Below are positions 35,625-49,499 of a stretch of 64,000 nucleotides of DNA, one piece after another (position 1 is the first letter of the stretch; each line of letters opens with the position of its first letter). The notes beneath the pieces were generated by a model. It did no database searches and was not told the DNA's origin. It saw only the letters and a list, made by a program, of their open reading frames with translations. Made by a program: the position numbers and the translations under genes. The stretch comes from Haplodiscus bocki (lineage: Eukaryota): NCBI GenBank assembly GCA_965655095.1, contig OZ296651.1, forward strand, positions 24,366,001-24,430,000. Direction: 5' to 3'.

Positions 35625-36560
35625 CCCCCATAGCCCTTATTCCACCTTCCCGCGAATTGCGATAAATGAATTCAAAAAGTCCCCCCCCCCGGAATATACC
35701 CGGAAGTATATTGACTGGAAAACTAGAGAAGAAATTCAAAGTTTGTTGATTTGAGCACTCTCATCGCTACTTTGATGTTTCGTATAGTCCCTACTGTACT
35801 CCCAAGCAGCTTTGCTGCGTCTTTGAAAAAAAAATCAATTTCTAAATGATCGCAGGAAAATCCAAATAAACTGACTGCGGAACAAGAAAAAAGTTGTTGA
35901 TTTGAGCGCTCTCATCGGTAATATGATGGTACCTATGGTTCCTCTTGTATTCTCATGCAACCTTGTTGGGTTTTGATGAATATAAAAAGTTTGCAAAATT
36001 TATCGAGAAAAATATTTAAGTACACACCGGGCGAGGTCGCAAGATGTACGAAAATCAGAATTAGGCCGAAAAAAACTGAAAAATAGTATAAGTACTTTGT
36101 AAAATCAAGTTTTTATAAAGCAAAGTTTACTGTTCTCAAACATCACTCGTACCTCGATATTGAGAAATACAGTTGAAAATGTTGAACAAAAACATTGCTT
36201 CTATTTTAAAGGCTAAACTTGTCAGGATATCATATTTCCCAAACAGCCACCCAATGCTTGGTGGACTTCGAAAAAATTTTGGGATAACCATAGGGTCCCT
36301 TTTTAACGCTAATTCCGTTTCTCACTATTTGGAATAAATGAATTCAAAATGTCCCGGGGTTTACACTTATTGAAGCATATTGACTGGAAAAACAAGAAAA
36401 GGATTTTCATTTTTTTCATTTGCTCGCTCGCAACGTTACTGTGAAGGTCCGTATGGTGATCCCTCCTGTACTTCCACACAGCTTTGCTACGTTTTAAGAT
36501 TTTTTCAAAAAAAGTCGCCCGAAAATCCTGATGTCGGCAAGTCGGAAAAGAGAAAAAAAA
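35625..36560. repeat. Nested degenerate repeats (~150 bp and ~660 bp periods)
   Basis: TTGTTGATTTGAGC.CTCTCATCG at ~35743 and ~35894. ATAAATGAATTCAAAA.GTCCC...GAAG.ATATTGACTGGAAAA at ~35662 and ~36334. Confidence 0.7.
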
Positions 36561-36955
36561 CAGAGTAACACTATAAGTAGTTCGTAAAATTAAATATATA
36601 TACTTAAGATGAGAAACTATATAGAGTTTTGTCATCTTAAACGAATGATTACATTTTTGAAACACTACAAAAACAGCCAGTTTTTTTGCTCGATTTTTCT
36701 GCTCTACGAAAATGTTTTTCGAGGTTGATTAATTTCTGCTCAGAAGTTCAATTAATCAAAATCAGTTTTGTACTCATTTATAAAACTATTATTCGATGAA
36801 TTGTAGATAAGAGATATATAAACGCATGAAAACATTTTGAATTGATAGTCAGGGAAGCGAGCAAATAAAATGACGAAATGAACGTAAAAATGGAGCCACT
36901 TCATAACAAGTGAAAAGAGTAACATCAATAATCATCACGAGCTCATTCAAGTTGT

Positions 36956-38698
36956 TTATGCATTGCCGCTAAGAATGACAATGATAAGATGATCTTCGAG
37001 GGTTTCAGCATCAATGATTTTTGGAGCGACCTTCTTGAGATCTTCAGTGAAAAATTTGCAGGGAGGGAATGCATGTAACACGCCTAGATTCTCGCTAGCC
37101 CCTATAGGCAAACCAATGACTCCAGCCGAGTGCTTCGATTTCAAGTAAGATACCAAATTTTTGAACTGCCTCGATGCAGTCTGTGAAGGAAGTTCTTTTC
37201 CGCCTGAGCTGTCGTTATTTTGAGTAGCCAACAGAAGACAGAAGCCATCACTTGTGGCACTTTCCATACGGCGTCGAACTTCTTCCAACTTACCAGGCTC
37301 GCATCTAAGTCGTTGGGTAATTTTCAAAGCAGTCGCAGGCTCACCGGTGGGAGACTCAACCAATAATTTCTTGCATACTTCTCTACTGCCGCTCAGCAGG
37401 GACATATGAGTGCTGAATGCGCTGTTTTTCAAAATGAGATGGCCTTTCCAGCAGCTGTCTAAGCACATAGCCAAACTCGTGATATCCAAAGACTCCCTCG
37501 CAATGCTCATTGGACTGGGAGAACGATGTCTTTTGCTTCTGGGTTCATCCATTACATCTTTCTTCTCGTAACTTTTGCCAGTTCTTCTATCGAAACTACC
37601 AGCCCGAGATCTTTTCTTGTCGCCCCTGTAATCATTCTCTGGACTATGGTTGCCACGTCTGTTTCGTCCATACGGACTTCTGGAGCGATCTCTGTCTCCT
37701 TTGCTACCGAATGTCGACCCGTTGTAATTTCGATCATTATCATATCGGCCTTTATTGGAGCTTGTAAAACTGCCACTGCCGGATTTTTCCTCTTTTCTGC
37801 CGAAACTATCCCGGTGATCACTCTGATGACCTTTGCCAGAATATCCTCGTTTACCCACATTGTCATGCTCGTAACGACCACTGTTTCGGCCACTACTAGA
37901 AGAATACTCATCCCGATAATTTCCAGGTGCATCGCGACCAGATGCCCTAGACATGGGCGGACTAACCTCTTCTCCGAGAGAAGGTGTCGGTTGAGCGGCA
38001 GCGTTTGTTTTTGTAATCCGCATATGATAATTCATGGCCGATACTTGATCATACTCGACGTAATCAAATCTCGCTCTAGAATCGCTTCCACAAATATGCC
38101 GCCCAGTTAAAGCTTTAATAGCCGTTTTGGCGCCTTCCGAAGAACTATAAACGATGTAAGCAAAATTCTCGCCTTTGGAATAATCAATCTTTTTAATGTC
38201 TCCAAATCTATCGAATTCAGTCTCCAAAGCTGCCAAACTCGTCTGTTTGCCCAATCCGCCAACCCAAATACAACAAGACTCTGGAGAACTTCCGTAAGTA
38301 ATTTTGCAAGGCTTGCTAGATCGGCCGCCAATTTGTTTTCCTTGCATACCTTTTTTACCCTTTTCAGCTTCGTCGGGATTGAGAAAAGCAATACAAGCAA
38401 ACGCAGGTCCATCTCTGGGATACTTCATGTCGATGCTCATAACACTGGCATACCGCTGAAACTCTGCGTACAAATCTTGTTCGTTCAAATTAGGATCCAA
38501 GTCACTCACAAACAGCATCCTAGAAGGCGGATCAACGTGTTCCATTTTGGGTTTGCGAGGTTCGTAAAAAACTTCTCTTTCACTTCTAGAGTTGTAACTG
38601 TCAAAATCTCCGCGATTAGAATGTACAGGAGCCGGTGATCTATGCCGAGATCCTTCTCGTTTTGTGACAACAGCCGATTTAGGACCCTCTTTATAGCG
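36956..38698 (-). CDS. RBM15: RBM15/spenito homologue, coding exon 2 (RRM2, RRM3, RS-rich linker, SPOC)
   Basis: Polypyrimidine tract plus TTTTTTTAG acceptor ending at 38699, open frame RYKEGPK...MEHVDPPSRMLFVSDL, IWVGGLG..LETEFDRFGDIKKIDY, and SPOC motifs WKGHLILKNSAF, LKITQRLR, LVSYLKSKHSAGVI, LHAFPPC. Confidence 0.93.
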   Translation of the reverse strand, partial: RYKEGPKSAVVTKREGSRHRSPAPVHSNRGDFDSYNSRSEREVFYEPRKPKMEHVDPPSRMLFVSDLDPNLNEQDLYAEFQRYASVMSIDMKYPRDGPAFACIAFLNPDEAEKGKKGMQGKQIGGRSSKPCKITYGSSPESCCIWVGGLGKQTSLAALETEFDRFGDIKKIDYSKGENFAYIVYSSSEGAKTAIKALTGRHICGSDSRARFDYVEYDQVSAMNYHMRITKTNAAAQPTPSLGEEVSPPMSRASGRDAPGNYRDEYSSSSGRNSGRYEHDNVGKRGYSGKGHQSDHRDSFGRKEEKSGSGSFTSSNKGRYDNDRNYNGSTFGSKGDRDRSRSPYGRNRRGNHSPENDYRGDKKRSRAGSFDRRTGKSYEKKDVMDEPRSKRHRSPSPMSIARESLDITSLAMCLDSCWKGHLILKNSAFSTHMSLLSGSREVCKKLLVESPTGEPATALKITQRLRCEPGKLEEVRRRMESATSDGFCLLLATQNNDSSGGKELPSQTASRQFKNLVSYLKSKHSAGVIGLPIGASENLGVLHAFPPCKFFTEDLKKVAPKIIDAETLEDHLIIVILSGNA

Positions 38699-39845
38699 CT
38701 AAAAAAATTGAAGAGTGAGAAAAATGAAAACGTTGTTTTCAGTATCGAATTTGATTCTAATGCGGTGAACAGTGAAGTACCCGGTCGTGGTCAAACTTTT
38801 GCCCACTTAGCATCAGGTCACCTTAATCTGCGCATACCGTCTTGCTGTTTATGCCGACGGCAAAATAAGTTACACTTTCAGCCCATTAATCTTTTCAAGG
38901 TTTTCGCTCTGCATTTAAGACAAACGCCTACTTTATCACGATTCATCTAGCAGCATATTATCTATCAGAAACAAACTAAAAACAGTGAAAAAATAAAAGG
39001 CGCAAAAAAACACTGTGAAAGCTTAGAATGATGGCCGCGCCCTCGTTATTTTCTGTCAAAATTCAATAAGAGAGGAAATCTTTCTCTGGCCGCGCGCGTT
39101 TCTTACGTGAACTGTTGCAAGCTTTTGGAAATTTTTGATGACGAAAAGCTTGACACAGAAATCTACGGTAAGAGTAATATTTCAAAATAACTCGCTTTTG
39201 TCATCACAGGCGACACATTCTGCCTTGTCAGCTCAGATCAAAGATCCCCCAATACTCGAAAAGTTGATCTGTCAATGTCTTTGTAGGTTACGTCATTTTA
39301 CAGTCCAATACTCAAAATTGCACAGCAAACAAGGCGTAAAAGGATAATTTATCGCCCACATTGTCTCATTCAAATCATTGATAAGTCAAACGTGACCCTA
39401 TAGGTTGTCCATTTTTTTCAGACCAATGTTTCAAAAACTTCCACTTTTAAGAACGGGAAAACAAGCATGTAGGTGCTCGAATGTCTCAAAAATGCCGTTT
39501 TTGACCGTTAAAATTAGATGACTTTCTAATGATGTCAAAAAAGGTAAGTTTTAAACTGGATTAAAAAACTGGCCATCAGTCGATTTCAATGCACATTCTT
39601 CCTTACAGTCAGAATGTGCAAAAAATCTGTTTTTTTTTTTACGTTTTAAAGTGTATTTTGAATAAGCCTATTTGCTAGTATTTGAGTGTTTGGTGTCACA
39701 AATGTAAGTTTTGCACCATCTATGAAAATTTCTTACTATTAAAAATGGTATTCCCCTTCAACTTCAACGGAATGGCCGAAAATAGACCGCAATCGCGCGT
39801 CCTGTTTGTACATGTAAAGGAAATTGATCGAATCAAACATTTTAC

Positions 39846-40247
39846 CTGAGCAGGAGATCGCGATTTTGATCGTTTGCGATCTCTATCTCGAGGGTCCACG
39901 GGCAGAACACCTTTGATAACAGGCTCCAGGGGAAGGGAGCGATCAAAAACATGAATTTTATGCATCTTCTCTAGTGCTACACGAGCATCCGTTTCGGATG
40001 TGAAGTTGATATAACAAATCTTCTCTCCAGCCACCATGGCCAATTTCACATTGTAATCATCGAATTTTCTGAACACTCTCTCGACATTCTCGATAATGTG
40101 GTGATCCTTAACACCACGAGGCCATCCACCCTTAATGCATAACGATCGGAAGTTTGAAGCTCTGTCAGGGCGGGATATTCTATCTCGTGCTGGTATTCTC
40201 TCCACTTCTGGGCTTCGTCGCCGATCATTCCGATTGTTGAAAGGCAT
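39846..40247 (-). CDS. RBM15: RBM15/spenito homologue, coding exon 1 (RRM1)
   Basis: FRSLCI...FRKFDDYNVK...CYINFTSETDARVA. The CAG|GTAAAA donor at 39846/39845 is phase 0 and joins exon 2 in frame (1147-bp intron, 714-aa product). Confidence 0.88.
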
Positions 40248-41456
40248 TCTAATCGCACAGCAAACACCTTTGATGAGCTAACTTGATTTATTGGTCAAAA
40301 TTTAATTTGATAAATTAACACTTAAACAAATTCAAAATTTACAGCAACAATTTATAACCATAACAAGTTTACTTACGTATGCTGTTAGCGCTACCACTGT
40401 TTTATTTCCAGTGACACTGTTTTGACTTTTCAAATGCAATCCCTGAAAAGACTTGTTCCGTTTTCTTCAAGACATTGGAAGAATACATCGACAAAAATAA
40501 TAGGATAAACATGACTCTTTTGACAAGAATAAGATGAATGAATTGTCGTGGAATCTCCCAAATCGCGATATTTTCTCTGGGCAGAAATATATCTGTAGAA
40601 GATACTGAGTGATCTCGCCGATCTTTGATTGCGATAAAGATATATCACACTCCAACATGTCAGATCAGCGGAATATTTCCAGCTTAATTTGAGCAGTTTA
40701 AAAATAATTCCATTTTCTCATTTTATGTGGCATAGCTCATGATACCATTTATTGTCGATATCTCCACAGGATACCACTACTTTAGAATATTGAAAGAATA
40801 TACTCTTCATTACTAGCATCTCCCGTTCTTTGATAGATATGGAAAATATTAATACGTTGACTGTTAAAATACGGATACCTATAGCACACGGATACCCCCT
40901 GATTCATGAAGGTTGGATAATGCAGATACGATCCTGGACCAGAAAACTCCCTAAAAAGTTTGCTGAGCTGAAAATTCAGTTAAATTAACAAAACCTGAAA
41001 CGATAAGATGGATGCAATATGGCCTCCTCTCAAGAACTGTCAGGAAAATGAAGGCAGTGCGTAATTGAATCATAAAGCTTTCAAAATCTGAATCGCAAGC
41101 CTTTGGTGTTCGGCCGTTTCGTTAGTTTCAATCAATTTCAATTGCCATAAGTTCTCCTTTATGATGATGATGACAAGGATCAATGGTAATCACTGAATTA
41201 AACAGTTCCTATAAAATACCTGAGTTTGCAAAAATGTCATATTTTAATTCACATTTAATGCAACATATACCAGCCAAAAAAGGGAAACAAGTTCAGTGGA
41301 ACCCCAAATGTAGAATCGTTTGAAATTATATGCAGCGCAGAGTACTTGCTAATCTTGAGGTTAAACCGGTGCTCCAGACGAGGCCCGATTTCTGCAATCG
41401 AAATAATGCTCACATGTTTCAAAAACATTAAGCCAAGCTGCTTAAACGTTACTCGT

Positions 41457-41544
41457 TTCCGCAATATTTACAATATGGGGGAAAATCACTTTCATCGCTA
41501 TTTTCCGCAATATTTACAATATTGGGGAAAACTTCTTTCATCGC
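41457..41544. repeat. 46-bp tandem duplication
   Basis: TTCCGCAATATTTACAATAT.GGGGAAAA...CTTTCATCGC twice. Confidence 0.9.
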
Positions 41545-42349
41545 GTGCGTTTTTTTAACGTTTACTTGCAAATTGCAAGATTCTGTTAACTTTCAGAAAC
41601 TGCACAATTCCTACCAAACTCCAGCAACTGGGCTCTACAATGCGTTTAAAATAGTGAAATTTCAAAACTCCTTTTTGGACAAAAATATAATTCTTTTGAA
41701 ACAGTAATAAGGAAAAAGTAGGAAATTTGTAGAATGCGTAAAGAAAAGTAATTTTCTGAATATTGCCTTTTTAAGGCCAAAATTTACGGATTTTTGAAAA
41801 TAGCGAAATTAACAACTTGGAAAAAAATTAATTTAGCTGTAGAATGCTTTTCTTCATTTTTTTCCATCTAAAACGCATTCTAAACAAAGTTAGAGAGAGC
41901 GGAAAAAATCCCAGTGGTAGCCGAGCGTCTTCTCTAGTTGCATTGTCGTAACTCGCAATGTGGAACCTATAAAAATCGGGAGCAAAAATGTTAAACTATC
42001 ACTGTGACAAAGCTATTTGACATTTGCAAAGTTGTAAAGTATACGAGTTGCGAAAAATTGAAAAGTCACGTCGAAATCTAGCTTTATTTCAAAGACGAGA
42101 GACCCTAACTCAACGCAGCAACAAATGCATCAACATTTTGTTAACATCTTACATTTCGTATGACCATCCTCCTTCGAACCAACCTAATTGCAGTGATGAA
42201 CTCATTACACAAGTAGAAGGATCGCAAAAAAATAAATTGCAATATTAATTGCATCTGAAAAATCGAAACCCAATTATTTCATCAGTGGTATCCTATCTGT
42301 CTCAAAATTGCCTAAAAACAAAAAAAATATAGCCTTATGGTTGCGATAA

Positions 42350-42850
42350 ACTTAATACAAACAGCCCAGTTGATAACCAATTCCGGATCGACTGTCTCCA
42401 AAAACTCGGATGCAATCTATGACTGAAGACGAGGAAGGGTCAATCCATTTTATAGAATACAATCAAAGAAAATAAGAATTGAGTACTTCAATGTTCCAGT
42501 ACAAAGGAAAAGGGAGTGATCAATTGGCCAAGAAACGAAGGCGCCAGGATCCTTCAAAAAAAATTACCACCAGGAAACTTAGAAGCTGTTTGACAGGCCT
42601 CAAATCCAAATCAGACAAAATCTCAACAGGCCAGTCGATACTATGTCCTGGCTGTAATGCTCGCTATGTCAATCAGACTACCGGACACCTGTCTAGCCAA
42701 CTGAGTGAGCAGAGAAGACCTTCGTCACTACAATTTGTACAATTTTTGAAGTTGTAAAGATCTATATGACACTTTTTGTTCTCGTATTTTGCAGATTATT
42801 CTGATGAAGGCAGTTCGATTGCCGAAAATGTTTTATATTACATATCAACA
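42350..42850 (+). mobile_element. Penelope-like element remnant (GIY-YIG endonuclease region)
   Basis: FQYKGKGSDQLAKK...TTRKLRSCLTGLKS...CPGCNARYVNQTTGHLSSQLSEQ fits CxxC..YVGQT.R.L..R..EH. Confidence 0.75.
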
Positions 42851-43199
42851 TCGAAACAAACTTTTACAGCAATCAAAAAAGAAGTCTAGCCTGGCCAGTC
42901 AAGCAGCATAATTGTTGTGGGTGTTGATAAACAGAATTACTCCTTCAATCTCTCAGATCATGGAATCCACGGCAAGTTCGAACGACAGGAGTCAAGCCAA
43001 TTTTTTTTTTTGTAATTCCAGACAATTGACATGAAATTGACTTTAGCCAAATTGACATGAACCACTAATCAAGAGGCTTGAAGTCATTGATTGGCATTTA
43101 GCCAATCACAGTGCAGTGAAGAGACAAGATTGAGGCAACGAAGAAAAGTTTTGTCATGTTGTAAGCCTAAGTGTTGTGATAAACCCATTAAATAGCTTC

Positions 43200-46100
43200 A
43201 TACTGTATATGGCTAACAAAAAACGGCAAAAACGATTGACAGTCACCAAATTGTGCTCTCAATGCGATTTAAACACACATGATGACACTGCCAAGTTGAT
43301 TGAGTCTACCCTGTGTCCTGGCTGGATCCATATGACAAGCTCTTATCTTATTGCAAACAAGTTTGACTTACTGAATTCATCTCCTACTATAATTTACGCA
43401 TGTGATAACTGTTTGAACTCAAACGAAAAGTTGACTGTGACGGCAGCTGAACTGCATTTTCCAAAGAAAGATATAGTAAATTGTCTGAATGACAAGCTTA
43501 GTAAACCAAGATTCTAAGAACACATACTGAATAAACACACCCAAGCGCCAAACTTTGATAATAATTCAGCTACATTTGACAGCCACAAACTTGAAATAAA
43601 TTTTGTTGGTATACCGGGAAATGAATAACTAACTGGAAAAAAAACGATTTCTTACTCATGTTAAAATAGCTCCTGACATAAAACCCTGTCTTGACAGAAC
43701 CTCTGTTTAGAACATACCTAACACCAAACGGATGGGTCCCCCAAGATTCAAAAATTTAGACAACAAACACGCCGATGTTTTTGAAGAAGCGTCTTTTAGA
43801 ACCAAAAGACCTCCACCCGTAATTGTCCGCCTCAAAAGTGAATAGGATGTCAGAAAGCGCTTCTCAATATAAAGCAAAGTAAGATCCAGTATTTTTAACT
43901 CTATCTTTGACTCACTTCTTATAAGCATCAGATCAAGCTGAACTACAAACTCTTCTTATTTTGATGTTCGAGTTTGCCTCGGCAAAAAAAATGTTAAAAG
44001 TGATTTGAAGATACACAGTCCTTCGATCATAGACAAAGCAGTTTACCAAAGTAAAAAAAACTTAATCTTTTTACTGGTATCTATGCACCTTTTGTAGATG
44101 CCAGGACTCATCAAACTGATTGAAATTCAAGTAAAAGAGCGCAGGTCGTTACTGTACAAAGCCTTCACCAACATTTCAAACTACTAAACCTTATTCAAGG
44201 TCATCAGCCAGTTATTGTAATCTTATAAGAAACATGGCCAACGTCTGAAGCTGATAACAAAGAAACTTTTGCCTTAGGGATCTATTGGTGTTAATCAAAT
44301 CAGACAGGGAAATTGGACTTCATGTTCGTGGTTTTGTTGCCTGCAAAACTACTTTGAACTAGCTCATCACTGACACACTTTTCTGTGATTTTGGTGCCTC
44401 CTTGTTATGCCTCATGTATGATTGAAGATACGCTAAAACTGCACTTTCTCTTCATAATGTCTTACAATACTACCAACACTTCAACGTACTCCACCAAAGA
44501 AAACACGCTATGCGAAATTATTATCGAAAGGTCGAAGTTAGCAATGGCGAAAGGAAGGCAAATGGTATTCGGATTGAAAAATGGGATGTTTCAATTGTTT
44601 TTGACTTCACTTATCCAGACACCGATTGGGACAATCTATCGCCTAATTCGAACCATGAAAAATTTTTTGATATTTTGGTTGAAATAAATCTCATCCAACT
44701 TGTTTCCACACCTACGCACATCAAAGGTACTATACTGAACCTAGTTGGTACGTCTAACAGCAACATACTGGAAATGTTTGTTCTTGACCATCCGATTTCT
44801 GACCATTATCCAGTAAACATTACAAATGTTGTGAAAACGTTCAAAGCATTTCCAATTTTCCAACTCAAGCAAAATCCAAATCATCGTTTTACTAAGATTG
44901 TTTTAATGACTCCTTGGGTCCAGTCTATCAACTTCTCCAGTGCTCGACTGATATGACATCTTAAGATCTGAACTATTTTATTGCAAATTCTTTGAAACAC
45001 AGCTGCAAAACAAAAACCAACAGGCGTTGACGATTTCTTTGCTAAATCTTGTCTAAAGGTATTCGTTCAGCCAACAAGCTTCGATCGATTTTGAAAAAAA
45101 TCGGAAGCCTGCTTCCTTAATACAGGCTTTCACTGAGTCCATTGAAACAGAAAAAGTTGTTTTATTAAATTGATTCGTTCAGAGAATTGTTTAGTCAAGT
45201 GTACAAGTTCATCAGGTAATTCCAAAGTAATTCAATTCCTACTGACAAACACTTCCACCAATCAAACCCAATAAGTAACGATTGTGATGTAGTGAAAGCT
45301 TTTACCAACCTCCTTGTCTTGCTTTTACAACGCCTTCACCACTGGATCAATTTGATAAATCCCTAATGGCAGACGATATCTTCAATAGTGTCAAACTTAT
45401 TGATATTGTTCTTTCAACCAAGTCTATTGCGAATCTTTTAGCCAACAGTAATAGCAACCACTGAAATGATCCAGTCCCTCGATTTGTATACCAATGTGCA
45501 CATGATGTCTTTTCTCTTCTACTGTTAAGATTGCTCCACAATGTTCTGAGTTCTTCTGAATGCCCCTGAATGCAAAGTCTTGATTGTAACTCCTATACTC
45601 AAGTCAGGACTTCCGAACAAATTTCAAAACTATGGACCAATTGTTATTCTGCCGAATTTATGTTTCGCACTGGAGGATATTCTCAGTAAGTTCTTAATGA
45701 ACAAATTGATAATGAGACTCAATTCAGCTCAACATGGTTTTGAGCCGAAAAAGTCACTGGTTACTCAAACTATCTCTTCAATTGCAGAAGTTTTAGCCGC
45801 TGTTGGTAGTGGTAGCGTTACAGCTTCAGCCTATTTCGATCATGTTAAGCCTTTGACTCCGTTCACTACTCTAGGTTGACCACAAATTTTCCCAAAGATG
45901 GCGTGGATCATGATTTTCTTAAACTCTTCTCAACTTATCTTTCGAACAAGTTTCAAAATGTAAATGTGAGAAAACATTTGTCCAACACTATACCAATTCC
46001 AAGCGGAGTTCCTCAGGTCAGTATCCTTGCTCCCCCTCTTTCTGTTTTGTACACTGATGACATCATATCAAAATGCATTGACTGCCAATCTTTATTCACA

Positions 46101-46990
46101 CTGACGATACCGAGATTGTTACTCAAAACTAGGAAAATTTTGTTAAACAAACTGCCCTGTTTCAGCAGTGGTCATCAAAAACTCGCCTATTCAAACACCT
46201 TACTATGAGTACAATTGTTGTTTTCAACAGCGGTGCAAACGACGTTCTTTTTGTTCGTTCCCAAATGGTTCCATCTAGCAAAAGTCATGGCGTTATAGTC
46301 TCGAAAGACTTCAACTGGAAGACTCACATCTCCTATTTTTGCTCCAGAGTGGTTAGGGCTCATCATTTTGTAAACAAAACTGTTGTTTTTTGTATCTAGA
46401 AGTCTGAACTTCACTCTCCTTGAGACCTTTGTCTTCTCTAGTACTTTTTTCAGCGTGCCGGTTTGGGTCGCTTCGATTGTAAACCTGAAAAATTTTCAAT
46501 TTTTCAAAAAAAGGCTTGGAAATCGGCCATTGTGAATAACAATTACAATTTCTTCTTTTTGCTTCAAATTCTTAATCGGTCTGCGACACTATCATCACCA
46601 GACAAACGGTTTTCCTCTGCAAACTTTCCAACAGTTTTTTCTATTCAGTTTTATCAAAATACATTTACGTTCGATCCTGTCCTTTACCAATTCGCCCTGA
46701 ACGATAACCTTGCTTCGAAACAAGCAAGAAATTCGAACCCAGTATTGGAATGTTACTTTTTTCAGTGTCGCGTGCCAAATTTCGAACAAGTTATCACAAT
46801 TGAGACTGGATTTACTTGCCCATTCTTCAACTGTGAAGTCTTCTTTGAATAATTATTTTCAACAACGAACCATTTTCTGCTTCGATGAACATCTATCAAA
46901 TTTTTGGACTTTAATCACTGTAAATCCTTTAGAATTATTCACCATAACTAAACATTATTTATAACAATCTTGTAAAATCAAAAAAAACAA
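43200..46990 (+). mobile_element. Near full-length decayed CR1/L2-type LINE (PHD ORF1, APE, RT)
   Basis: CSQC...CPGWIH...YACDNC; DFTYPDTDW, LIQLVSTPTHIKGTILNLV, SDHYPV; VTPILKSG, NYGPIVILP, QHGF, SGVPQVSILAP..LYTDD; A-rich end at ~46980. Confidence 0.85.
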
Positions 46991-49499
46991 TCCATTTCTT
47001 TAGTGGTAGTAGTAGTAGTATTATGGATTTTTGGGTATTAGGGGAAACCAAAAATCAAAACTGGGAACCAATTCAGAAGGGAAACAAAATAGTGCGAATA
47101 ATTGGATTGGCGGCAAACACTCGAATCTCAACAACTGGCTGCGGCCAACTTTTGGAAACGTCTTAAAAAAACGTTCCAAGCCGTTCATGGCACTAGCTTG
47201 TTCTGATTAACCGCGCTCTGTAAAAAACCTCTATGGTGTTCATAATGTTTTTTCTTAAAAACCTTTTCTCAACAATTTTTCAAATAGAATCTTGTTCTTT
47301 CCTCACATGACGTTTGAAAATGACTAATCGGTCTGTTTTCGATCATAGAAACTACTTGATAATCTGTCATCATGATTTGGATTTTGCTTGCAAGTTAAGG
47401 CCGAATCCCAACCTTGGAAAAGCCAACCAGATCGTGCCTAAAAACTGCTGCATGAACACAGAAACGAACTGTTTCATGGGAGCCTTGAAAAGATCACCAG
47501 CTTTGCCTATTTCGAGGCGAACAAATCCTCGTCAAGCGGTGTGAGCAGGTCTGACAAGGTGACAGATTCCATGAACCCAAAAACTCCCAAATTAGGCACA
47601 CTCGCGGGACACAAAAATCTCTTTACTTCAGAAATTTTTCCCAACCACATATGGTTTAGTCCCATTCACGAGGACAAAGAAACCAGACTCACAACCTCCA
47701 CAAAATGGACACAAGGGCTTAGCCCCAGACACGATCTCCCGGCGATCTTTCTTATAAACGTCAAAGAACCCAAGTTCCTACATACGCTTTTAACAAAATT
47801 CGGTGGAGCAAACAACAAACTTAACGAAAATCAACGCCTTCTGCTTAATTACCACATCAACACAAGATCACAGCCATACACAAACTGCAGTGCTTCCAAA
47901 AACTTGGGAGCAACAAAGACGTCAAACCCTATGCATTAAGTAAGGAACCAAAGTTAAAGAAGTGCTAAACAGTTTAAACATAAAATTTGATATGAAGTTT
48001 TTAAATGAATCTCCGAGAACAATTGGAATAAACTGACAACAAACACACAGACACCGAAATTTTTGAGGTTTTCCAGGAAACAATCACGATGTCGGCAAAA
48101 CAACATTTTGGAGCAAAAATGTGTAGCTTTTTGTCGGAAACTTTTTGTCCGGTATGCTACCTTCACAGACTTACTGTGAGCAGTCCACTTTGGGAAAAGC
48201 AGTCGTATCACTTTAGGAGAACGAAAAATTGTTGCAACGAAGGTTTCAATTTGGACAAAACTTTCTCAGCGAATGCAGACCATGTTGTTCAATGAATTTT
48301 CCGGAAGTAACCACCGACAACAACTTAGCGGCAGTTTCTCCACACCAAATATATGCTTGTATTTCAGAGGCGCTTGTCACAGCAGTGCGAGTAAACACGA
48401 CACTTGGCGACATTGCTGAATCAAAAAGCTTACCGCAATCCCAGAGTATCCACCACGAACCTCGTAAGAACCAAAGGCCGAAGTACATCTCGTGAATGGT
48501 CTGCAACTCAAATGGATGAAAAGATCACTCAGCACTCAATTTCGGACACAGAGCTGGAGAATAATCGGCTTCGGACTGTGCCACGCGGAAAAAAAAGATA
48601 CGGACTTTTATGAGAACAAATGGCAAGAAACTAAAAATTTCAAACAAACGAGCATTTTTCGGCCCTGAAATTCAAAATATCCAACCCATCGGAGAACGGA
48701 AAACATCAATGTTCCACTCACCAGGCTACATATCAAACACCAATTTTCGAAAACTGCGCCTTTGTTTATCAAAAAATTCCTGTCTGTGCCAATCAATCAG
48801 AAAAAAACAATAAACTTGGTGCTAGGAAAAAACAATCTAGGGCTCCAAGCAGTCTCCTGGGCGCTCCCTAATTTCAACAGAACAATTGTGACCACTTGAG
48901 CAACAGGAAGCATTTAATACTTCACACTGAAATCCAGCCCATCCGGAAAAGAGGTGGCTGAGATGGACAACGCACATACTGATAAAGCCGTCGAAAGCTC
49001 TCAGTTGGAGTCCTTAACACAGCAAACAGAAAACCCCACTGGCCGGAAAGATAATTCACCAGGTCAAAAAACCAACTCGGAGACAGGCAAAGCAACCACA
49101 GGGAGGAGTCCGACCACTGACAAATATTCTTCAACCTAACAAACAAGTTAGTACTTAAAAAACCAAGTAGGCGACTCGAAGGATCTTGACCCTTTTGATA
49201 GAAGAGCTATCCAAAGTGCCGTGTTTGAAAAAGACATATGATAACCTTTCTTAGCGCTCCCTTTAGCTCTTTTGAAAAAATCAGTCAGCGAGTCCAAAAC
49301 TCAATCAACTCACAGCAACATCGCTCCTCTTGTTTTCTTAGCTGAAGAAATTATCAGAAAATAACTGGATGGAAATGCCAACAAAAGGCAATTCTTCAGA
49401 GGTATGCCTCCTTCTAAAGCGTCCCCATAGAACAAAATTATGCTAGAATAGTTGTTCTGCTTTTCAGTAGATACGTAACCCGTGTTCCTGCCCGGCGCA

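Noticed and set aside
37510-38638. Several 85-194 aa ORFs overlapping RBM15
   Set aside because: Antisense or alternate-frame shadows of a real coding exon.
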